From positions 1-64,000 of the forward strand of contig ADNK01000423.1 in assembly GCA_000320545.1 (NCBI GenBank): a DNA stretch of 64,000 nucleotides. Direction: 5' to 3'. The stretch is from Bigelowiella natans CCMP2755. Lineage: Eukaryota > Protista > Cercozoa. The notes below the pieces were generated by a model, which was not told where the DNA came from, made no database searches, and saw only the letters and a list, made by a program, of their open reading frames with translations. Below, one piece after another: positions 54,133 through 64,000 of the stretch; the first letter of the stretch is position 1, and each line of letters opens with the position of its first letter. Both the position numbers and the translations under genes were made by a program.

Positions 54133-54169
<37 letters not shown>

Positions 54170-54578
54170 TACAACACTGAAGCTGGACTATCAGCATAGA
54201 TGTAGTAGTAGCAATAGTAATAGTAGGATTATAAGTAGTTGTAGTAGTAGTGCAGCAGTACCGTGGCTGAAACCATACTGTACACCGAGAATGAGCACAA
54301 AAGAGGAAAGAGACGTGGTGGTAACATTAAAGAGTAATGCTACAATTAAATGTATTAAAGTTAGTTTCTTCATGAGCAAGAAATGCTCTATTGATTATTA
54401 TTACTATCCTCATCATCATAATTACTAGAAACAGAAAGCAGGCCTGGCCATTCTTGCAGCACTTCTCATGTCGATGTGAGTAGGAAGAATTGACTAAGAA
54501 GAAAAGATGCATGCATGTATGCATGTGAGAGCCATCTGCCAAACTCTATATTTACCTAGAGATATGTTGTTAGAGTGC

Positions 54579-54625
<47 letters not shown>

Positions 54626-55831
54626 GTACAGCGACGAAAATAGTGAGAAACAACATGTTTCATGTAGCAGTAGTAGTAGGCGTGGTAATATCCATGATAA
54701 CTGATTACCGCACCTCAAAAGGTATATTACGTCGTTGGACTACATGTTTTCTCGCAAATCATGGGGGGGGAGGGGTGTGCACGCCCAGAATTCGATTATT
54801 TTTGGGTAAGATAGCAGCATTGTATTTTTCAATAAAACGTCGCCAATAAAGCCACGACGAAACTACATGCTGTTGGCAGCACAATAACTCTTCGAAATAC
54901 TCGACTAAAATATCGCCTGCCACTTATCTCTACACATTAGAAATCATCTATCATATGTGCGTGTGAATATGTGCGTCGTCCTACTCTCTTTGTTAGTGCA
55001 ATTATATTTATTCTCTCTCACCTCTATGTTTCTTGCCCCTTTTCTGTGATTGACAGAATGCGCTCTGCTTTCTTTGGTGTGGCGCTCATCATGGGGGATG
55101 TGCCGGTACAATGATGAGAAGGAAGAGGGTGTTGATGATGATGACGATGATGATGATGATGATATAGGCTGATACATTCTTCCAATGGGACTCGGAGCAA
55201 TTAAAACTTTTCTTCGTCGCAACCTTAGATGGCCTGCTTTTACCGCAGGTGGTATATGGCTATTATATTGTTGCCATTCTCATATTTTTCTTGTTTGATC
55301 AATGCGTGGGAATATTTAATCTCAAAATAAAATCTAGGTTACGATAACCATCATCATCATCATCATCGTCGTCACATCATAATCACCATAACCACATCCT
55401 TCCTCAACAACAACAACAACAACAACAACAATATTAATAATTAATAATATATTGGAGAAGGTCGTTGCCCAGGGGGGAGGGATCTGCTACAGCATGGCGA
55501 TTGTATTTGCAACGGCACTTTTTGCTACAACAACTAGAGATCTACGTAAGTAGTATTAGTTGTTGTAGTAGTAGTAGTGGTAACAGTAGTAAACTCTTAT
55601 GCCGGATGGACTGCACAGCAATCATTGATGATGAAATTAAGTATATATCTCACCCAACGTCTGCACGCAGAAGCTACACACATCATCATCAACATTAACA
55701 ACAACAATGTGTACCACTATTACTTACCAGGCCCCGATTTGCTATGGTTCTGTGGTGTCTGTGTATCGACGGTCGCTGCACATCTTATTGCACGCGAATT
55801 CAGGTCCGTGTGCGTATTGATCAGTGCATGA
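52190..55831 (+). CDS. Multi-exon nucleotide-sugar transporter, SLC35A-like; boundaries approximate
   Basis: Spliced peptides in family order: SVLLMAE|IVKFFVSF (~52380-52505), YFIPAVVSFVGDMIVLTNLQPNTSQ (~53197-53275), IMSGLQVLTISL (~53365-53400), SIEWAAIILLM|VSIPILL (~53750, ~53990), GLAILAALLMS, VHAQNSIIFG, FCGVCVSTVAAHL. Confidence 0.55.
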
Positions 55832-56149
55832 AAACGACATGACAATGCAATGTGTACCAATAAAACGACAAGCGTACTTAAAAGGGATAATTGTGTTTGA
55901 TCTTCATATTCATATGACGACGCTTCTCTTAGGGTACGTAAGCTTGTGCAAGTGAGGGTCCGAGCAGACGACCTTCCGTGATAATACAAGCGATTTTATT
56001 GCAAAAATTATGAGACAAAATAGCGCAGATTGAATGAAAATGTTCTCACAAAGCTGTAAAATCTCCAAGCACGATATTACCATTACTGCCCACAGCATGT
56101 GGGACAAAATTGCAACTTACGCACGGACTGGACATATTTCAATCATTCT

Positions 56150-56800
56150 CCATGCTAGCACGACCAAATCAGCGTGATATATCTATGAACGTTGTGCAGA
56201 TCTAGATAGTTGTTCTGACAATGCATGATCATTGCAGGCGTACCTAGGTACGTCCAATGATTGCATCATTCCACACTGCTCGCTTCTATATACTAGTGTA
56301 GATACAGCTACTATATGTAGTTGTCTACAAACGCCTTATGTGTGTGGATATATGAAACTGTCAAATCTGCTAGATGTACGTACATGTGATAATAGTAGAT
56401 AAGATGCATTGCGCTATTGCGCTATCGTTATATTTGCTAGTTTGTGTGACATGCCTAGCTAGCTAGATGCCAGTGCTAGTCTACGTCTTTTGCCATTTGC
56501 ATCTTACATCTTGCATCTGACATCATGCTAGCATGTAGCATCTAGACATCTCGTGATGGTCTAGTTCCTGTTGATCTAAACACCATGCCTACAAGCTAGC
56601 GCAAGCTCACATACTCATGTAACTATATTGCCGCATCCAGGCATGCTAGCATGTGCAGCATGCGGGCGCCGGGCCCCGCAACTTTTCATAAATAATGGCA
56701 TACGCGTCGCACAAAGTCCTGGCTTTATAGAAGAGAATATCTAGTCATACATTCAGCAAATCAGACACACAAGCTGCATGCGTCTAGTTAGCACTTATGC
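56150..56800. other. Partial TpA-depleted, CTAG-rich tract between convergent genes
   Basis: Many GCTAGC/CATG/TGCA motifs, but depletion is incomplete. Confidence 0.5.
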
Positions 56801-56817
56801 TCAGAACGTAAAAGCAG

Positions 56818-58973
56818 TTAATCCAATTTACCAGCGTTTCTGCTGTCTATATTGTCCAAGTCTTCGTTGCGACTTTTGGCAGATCTATCTTGATGCAATG
56901 TTTTTTTTGCGTTTGATTTTCTAAGTAAGTTTGATTTGCGCAACTTCAGGTATTCCTTGTAAGGAGGATCAATAGGAGGCGCTCTCGGTGGATGGTATTT
57001 TCGCCTGTTACTGCTACTACTAATACTATTACTCGACTCCTCCTTTGATTCCATAATTTTTTTGCCAATCTTTGCTCTTGCAGCTGGACGCAAATGTTCT
57101 ACCGCATCACTGTCTTTCTTCACATCGTAGCCACCAGTATTACTGTTGTTGTGCATTAACAAGATCCACAGTTAGGACGAGGACGACTCACAACATAAGG
57201 TCTGAAGAATTGCATAATTGCAACCTGCTGCTTTTTATCTGCGAATTCTTCGGTTGTAGCGGATATGATTGATCGCTATCCCATGTATGCGGACCACAAG
57301 CCTTGAACGCCATTCTTTGCTTCTCATCGCAGCTTTCAATTTGTGTCTTTTTCATAGGTCATTTATCACTCAAAGTATCAAATGGTTAAAGAAATGATTT
57401 AACTTACGATTCTTCCTAATTTATTATCGTCGTCCTTCATTGATGGCTTGAAGCCCTCAGGTGGACAAAACTTCTGACATACTACAAATCCCTCCATGCT
57501 AGAATTCCTGCACGCCTTTGGCTTAGACATCGTCACCTCCTGGTAGGGGCAGATGATGTTGCAATAATGCAAGTAGGAAGCAGGAGGCATGATGGATCAT
57601 GATGATAACGATAATAATGATTAATGATAATGATGATGAGGATGATACTATGAAATCGTTTCAACATATTAGAAGAAAATGGATGCCTTCATACCTTGAA
57701 GAATTTTCCTAGGATTTGCATAATTTTCCCAACTTCCTTGCCTCGAAAAATCTTTGCCACAAAGGAGCCCCTGCAACGATGATGCAGGTCATTATTAGTC
57801 AATCAACTAATCAATCAGCTGGCTACGAAGTTCAGCAATCCTTTATGACGACACCTACACGTTTTTTAATCTTTAAGGACAGTAGTACCCTTTCTGAAGA
57901 ATATTTGTTGTGATTTGTAAGGCTGAGAGAACTAGTTGGTGTTGAATATACCTACAATTTGACAAGCAGATTGGTTTGAAATTATGCTAAAATATTATAG
58001 TACACCTTGTGGAGAAGAAATATTCTCACCATCATCATCATCATCATCATCATCGTCGTCATCATCATCATCTTGCTGACTCACTCATCGATATCATGCA
58101 TCCCGAGAACATCAGGGGCGCCATCACAGACAACTAGCTCCGCTTTCGCTCCTCCCAGAAGATCAACGATTTTCGTGGCTGTGCTCTCCCTTGTGATATC
58201 TCCAACCAGAGTTATTACACCTTCGTGATGGTTCTTCTTTGATTATTTTGAAGATGTTCCTTAAACCACACGTTTGGTTGTACAACACCGACTACCACCA
58301 CCTCACCCTTCTTTGCCCTTATATCAAATTGTTGTTCGTCATACGCGCACTACTACAACATCGTATAAAAAATTGACGACGACAATGATGTGTATTGCAA
58401 GTAGTAGTATTGCACCTGGTATTGGGGCCATCGTCATGAGATCCACAGCTACAATTTTCACATCACTTGTTCCTTCCACGTTCCCCAAGAGATGTTTGCT
58501 CAAGACCTGAGAAGTAGTATATATGTATTCACCGAGTAGGAGGAGAGTTATGTAGCAAAGGGGATAAGAACAGACAGATTATCTAGCAAAGGTGATAATA
58601 ATGATAGAGACAAAGAGTACAAACAACCTGGCTCCAACCGCCTGGAGCTGCGCACAAATCCACGACTCTGCGCACACCCTGAGCAAGGAGGGGTAGATGG
58701 TACGTATGCAACAGTCCAGTTAAAATACATGGCTACTTTCTAGTAGTTCAGCTACTACTATGTTGAATCGTGCAATGCAAGCTAATCAAGCGAATCAGTA
58801 CATACATTCCTTAACGTGCTATACTACTACCTGTAGTATGTCAAATGTCCCATTAATGTGCAGTAATTTAAATGCTGATCGAGCTCGATAGCCTTTTTCT
58901 TTAGCCCTTCGGTAGTATATGTCCCTCTTCTCTGATCATCGGATGCTGGTTTAACAAATATGTTCTTTTCGTC

Positions 58974-59011
<38 letters not shown>

Positions 59012-59067
59012 TTCTAGAACGCTGGCGTGATTGAAGGGAATTAACTACCTTTGGAAAACTTGCCCAT
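56818..59067 (-). CDS. TRM7: tRNA (cytidine32/guanosine34-2'-O)-methyltransferase Trm7/FTSJ1, multi-exon
   Basis: MGKFSK|[37 protein letters not shown]|[84 protein letters not shown]. Confidence 0.93.
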
Positions 59068-59535
59068 GCCTCAAGTAACGTAAGAAAGAAGAAGTAGAGG
59101 AGTGGAAATGTTTAACAGAAGCAGATGGTCAAGCCTCCCCATCCTGTCATCGTTCGTTCGAAGGAGAAATGACGGAGGCTTCGTCGTTGTTGTTGTTGTT
59201 GTCATCGTTTGGCTTTGTTTGTATTTAGAAACACTATTGCCCACAAAACAACGGACAGATCAAATACTATGGAGTTGGTCAAAATTATTAAGTAATTTAT
59301 ACGGTATCTGCTACACTTTTCAATCATGCAGAGACGCCTACGACTGCACCGGTACGCTCCAATCTGACGCTTTTTTCGTTGTCGCAATGTATGAATTGTC
59401 CTGGGTTATTGTATTTGAGACAACGACAACAACTCCAGATCGACCAGCCCTTCTCCTCTCTCCTCCTCCTTTATCGACCTACAGCAAACAGGAAGACCTC
59501 AAACCTCAACGAACGCTCTCCCACCCAGATTTACA

Positions 59536-61012
59536 ATGGGCGCAGGCAAAAGTAAAGATGTAACTTCAAAAGGTATCTTGCCATCAATACTATAGTCTCT
59601 GATCATCCAATCTCACCATCACGGTACATAAATATCTATACCATATCACCTCTTCAACAGCAAGCATTCAAACTTCTTTATGTTAGATATCGCCAACGAT
59701 GGGAAAGTAAGGTCTGCCCTCATATCGCTGAAATCGGCTCTTGAAGATGGTGTCCTCAGCAAGCAGGAATGCGAAGAGTTGTTTAAGCGCTATGATAAAG
59801 ATAACTCCGGAACAATTGAAAGAGCTGAAATTCAACAGATGGTAGGAGACATCATGGTCGCTAAAGGGCAAGACAAGAAGGAGGTTTTCACACCTTTGTA
59901 TTCTTCAATCCGGAGTGAGTGTGATAAACTTGGCTGTTAAACACATTGTACGTACGTAGGTGGACGAAATGCTTGAGCTTGGAGGTTTCCAGTCCTTCGA
60001 GCAGCAGCTCTTTAAATATTTTGACAAAGGCGACAAGGTTTTTACAAAATTTAAGACAATGTGGGCCGAGCATGCGGAGAGTAATAATTATGATGTTGAT
60101 GGATACTTTTTAGGATGGCAAGATTGACCAGGAAGAATTCGTTGCTCGTTTTCCAAGGTAATAGTTTCCTTCAAGCCAGTAGAAATACTCTAACTTTAAT
60201 TTGAACGTATGAATAATATAGCTACGTCTCAACCCTGATAAAGAAGGAAGTAACAACGGAAGCAGCGATATTGACACTGTCATCAGCTTTAGCGGATGGC
60301 AGCCTTGATGAGAAGACGTGCAAACAGTTGTTCAAACGCTATGATAAGGACGGTTCCGGAAGCATCGAACGACCGGAAATAAAAGATATCATTGGTGATC
60401 TACTCAAAGCTAAAGGCCAGGATCCCAAAGAGGTAAGTAGTTAGTTAGTCGTTGCAGGCACATCGCCAATTGCTGCCACTTCTGTACAATGTCAGACTGT
60501 TATCTCTTCATTGCTTTGTTACCATCCCCTTTATCTTCCCTTCATCATACAATCATCAAGGCTGCTGCTGCTGCTGCTTTAAAGAATCATGTGGTCATCA
60601 CACAAAAATGATAATGTAGGTGGACGAATTACTCGGTATGGGAGGTTTTGTCCATTATGAGCAACAACTCTTTAAAATCTTCGATACTGGGGACAAGGTA
60701 TTGGTCTGTGTTTAACCTTACATGATCTTGTGTACGTGGTGGCTGATGTGTGGCTTTGATGTGGCATTGCTTTCTATCATATCGAATGTACTGAATTACG
60801 AAATATAACTATTCTTTGTCAATAAGGATGGGAAAATCGATGAAGCAGAATTTGTTGCCAAATTTCCCGGGTACTGCCATACTAATTACAATTAGACAAT
60901 ATTCATCGTATATGTAAACAACACTAATCGTTCTTTCAGATACGTCGCGGCAATAGTGAAGAAGGATGGTGGTGCAAATGCTGAGAAAAAACAAGAAGAG
61001 AGGAAGGATTGA
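59536..61012 (+). CDS. Probably N-myristoylated four-EF-hand calcium-binding protein, multi-exon
   Basis: Start MGAGKSKD (MGxxxS). Loops DKDNSGTIERAE, DKGDK|DGKIDQEE, DKDGSGSIERPE, DTGDK|DGKIDEAE. Stop at 61010-61012. Confidence 0.85.
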
Positions 61013-61029
61013 AGAACAACATTCAAGAC

Positions 61030-62320
61030 AACAGCCAATGCACACATGACTTCATCGTCCCAAAGATAATGTTGAATGATGTACCTAGTGAATAGTAGCA
61101 TTTCCATCATGCATTTGGTGCATGTTAGTTTCGAATTGCACTAAGCATGACATTCTGCGATCGCGTGTCTACGTTACGCTTGAAAAGGGCCTCAATGAAG
61201 TCACAAACGCATTAGCCAGTGAAAACATCTAGATGTCGCGTACATTATTGTGCCAGCTACACTAGTACATGCTAAATGTTAGCGTGCGCTGTCCGCAGCA
61301 CTAGAGCAGGTCCAAAGGCAATGCAAATCAAGCAGCATCGTCATCTCTTGATCTAGTCGTGCTAGCAACTAGGCAAGTCTAGCTGGCTAGATGCATTGCC
61401 AATTGATGGCGCCGGTAGCGCCACAATCACTACTTGATCACAATGCACATGTAGATGTCATCATGCAATTGGTTTATTGATGCCTGCAACACATCTGGTG
61501 CAATGCATCGATGGTGGTACAGTGGCCGGCATGCATTTGCAAACGTGTGCATGCTAGCATGCACGAATGCAGTCCATGCCATGCCACTACGACATATATA
61601 TAGACATGACACATGACACATGCCCAGATGTCTAGCTAGAGATCTAGAGATGTGCACATGCCAAGATGCTAGCATGCCAGTCTAGCAGTTCAAGAGTTAG
61701 CTGGCTAGCCAGACTGGAGCATGCATGCGATGCAGCTTTGTCAATCAAACTGCGCTAGCTAGCACATCACTGAATCTACATCTCTCTATCTAGATCTGCC
61801 ATGGGCACCGGACATTTGCGGTGTGTGCGATGCCCCCCGCCCGCGCGCTGGTGTGCATCTCTCCACAGCTGTGTGTCTGACATGGCTCTGCATGTGCCTA
61901 CTAGCTAACTAGCTGGTCTACTGGTGCGCACGTGCAGCTGATGTAGATGTGTGCGCATGCATCAGGCATGATTCGAGTTCACTGTTGAAATTCCGAGATC
62001 CAAATCTTCATTTAAGACCGAAATGCGAGGTCAAAACCATGATTTTTGAGGTCATCGGAGCGCACCTCAGGACGATTTTTCGGACGACTATTGGTTCAGT
62101 TTTCACCATCCACAATGCGACTTGAGCGCGACGGTGTTGCATGATGTCAAGTACATGTATAGCTGTTTTCATACATCATGTGTCCGGGGTTCCACAAAGA
62201 ATGACCAACAGGACGATGCTGTAACTTTGAGGTGTCAGTCAAAGCAACAACACGACTATCACATCAGATTGGGAGGAGCCACACATGATGCACATTCACT
62301 TGACATCTTGCACTGGACCA
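61030..62320. other. TpA-depleted, CTAG-rich tract between convergent genes
   Basis: Same signature (CATGCTAGCATG, CTAGCTAG), downstream of the EF-hand and PH genes. Confidence 0.75.
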
Positions 62321-62324
62321 AGTC

Positions 62325-63467
62325 ATACGCCATCAGCTAATTATTTGGTAAAACACCAACACCAAATAATACCAGCATAAAATTTAAGTACAAAAATAAT
62401 AATCGCTAATACAAAGTCGTGTCGTCGCTGCTATTGTGATAACAACCTTTCGAGCACTTGATGAGAATATCAGCCCACTAAGTAATAATCAAATATACCA
62501 CGTGAATCATCCGGTGATTATAAGTATGAACCTCTTTTGGTGAATTCACTCACACACCTCAAGACCCCCCTTGCCCTCTCCCCCCTCCACACATATCCAC
62601 ACAACTCTCACAAAAACACACACACGCGCGCGCGTGCGCACGCGCGGCGCGACATAATGAGCGGGGGAGGAGGAGGAGGAGGAGGAGGAGGAGGAGGAGG
62701 AGGAGGAGGAGGGACCTCTTGAGCATCTGCAGTGGTTTTGGCCTTTATTCGCATCTCACCAATATCCTGATGGGTTGTGAATTGTACGTTGAAAGACAAC
62801 AAATGATAGGCTACGAGGGCGAACTTGTGTTATCTTTCTTTGCTCTCTCAAACGCAGTAATGCTGTAGTTTTCCGTGTTTAGTATTATCCATAATAGAAC
62901 GTGTATTTCAGGCACACAAGCAAGCAAGCAATTTCGACATTATTTAAGAATGAGTGTGCAGCAGCAGCAGCAGCACATGTATGTTGTCTGTCTTCTTCTA
63001 TCTAGTACGAACCGGCTGTGTGTATCGGCTGTGTGTATGTTGTCTGTCTTCTTCTATCTAGTACGAACCGGCTGATTGATGGGGTTGACGATGATAGTAT
63101 TCTCCTCTACAGCTATACCCACGCTCTCGATCAGCTCAATCGCCTTTATTAGGTTGTATTCATCAAACAAAGTACATAACATATTGTGCACATTTAAGAC
63201 AACATTTGAAGTAAGCAATAAGTCATGCTGTGATAGGGGTAGTAGTTATATGTATATATGTAGAAGGCTAATGTGTTTGAAGACATTTGTTCAGTTCCCA
63301 GCAGCACACAATACTACTACTGCTCCTACTCCTCCTCCTCCTCTTACTACTACTATATAAAATAACAGCACCTTCTCATAAAATACATTTCCAGCCTTTC
63401 GCGATCTAAACCACGCCTATTGGTGCATACGTGAAAAAGCATTCAAGAAGGAAGAAGAAGAAACACA

Positions 63468-63498
<31 letters not shown>

Positions 63499-63818
63499 AG
63501 AATAAATGGCAATACACGACTTTTTTTGAAATGAAGAATCATAACCAACAATTGTTGGTTATTCTATTTGGTCCCTAGCAACTTCCTGATATTGCTACCT
63601 AGTTATCTTCCTTAAATGTATATATAATATCAATACGTATTCGTGATTTATGTTGTTGATCGAGAAAGGTGGTTGTGGAATAATAGTAGTTAGTTAGTTA
63701 CTAAGAGGTATGTCGGTGATGCTGGCTTCTCTTGGATGCGGAAATATCTGATGATGATCATTCAGATTATTTTGTGTTATTGATTCCCCTGTACCCCCTC
63801 GCTCTCTCTCCCCCCCCC

Positions 63819-63855
<37 letters not shown>

Positions 63856-64000
63856 TGTGTGCAATTTGTGTTGTGATGTTGATAGCACTATCATGATCAT
63901 CGTCATCAATCATCATTATATCCTCAGTTGCTACTACTACTTCGTTTACTGCTACTTACTCCTACTCCTACTACCTACTACTACCTTGTAGATTCTTTCA
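62325..64000 (-). CDS. 3' part of a probable PH-domain-containing gene, continuing beyond the window
   Basis: Spliced peptide FNVQFTTHQDIGEMRIKAKTTADAQE|WADILIKCSK (62717-62795, 62447-62477) resembles the last strands and Trp-containing helix of a PH domain. Further small exons near 63115-63175 and 63372-63420. Confidence 0.5.
62978..63074 (+). repeat. 41-bp direct repeat in an intron (62978-63018 and 63034-63074)
   Basis: TGTATGTTGTCTGTCTTCTTCTATCTAGTACGAACCGGCTG occurs twice. Confidence 0.85.

Noticed and set aside
61960-62110. Possible eroded DNA-transposon remnants inside deserts (also ~49740-49860)
   Set aside because: No terminal repeats, TSD or second copy visible in the window.

Overview
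Intron-rich eukaryotic (protist-like) nuclear DNA, very rich in microsatellites, which account for most short ORFs in the track. Genes supported by motifs: a kinesin-14-type motor (-), a putative ciliary repeat protein (+), a giant DUF3638/DUF3645-like SF2 P-loop protein with EF-hands and LamG-like ends (+), an ankyrin gene built from exon-intron modules (+), a secreted mucin-like protein (-), an SLC35A-like nucleotide-sugar transporter (+), TRM7/FTSJ1 (-), a myristoylated EF-hand protein (+) and the 3' part of a PH-domain gene (-). Two features stand out. (1) An intact, very young Ty3/gypsy LTR retrotransposon (22112-27827, identical 326-bp LTRs, single gag-pol ORF). Its integrase has a non-canonical D-27-E core and ends in a degenerate Dam/DIRS-type N6-adenine methyltransferase-like domain where a chromodomain often sits. 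(2) Recurrent TpA deserts in intergenic DNA downstream of genes, where TA is almost absent except in CTAG and TG/CA are abundant. The retrotransposon has inserted into one of these deserts. Together they suggest an adenine-directed mark or mutation system in silent intergenic DNA that the element may read or exploit. This is a hypothesis. All assignments are by eye, without database searches.
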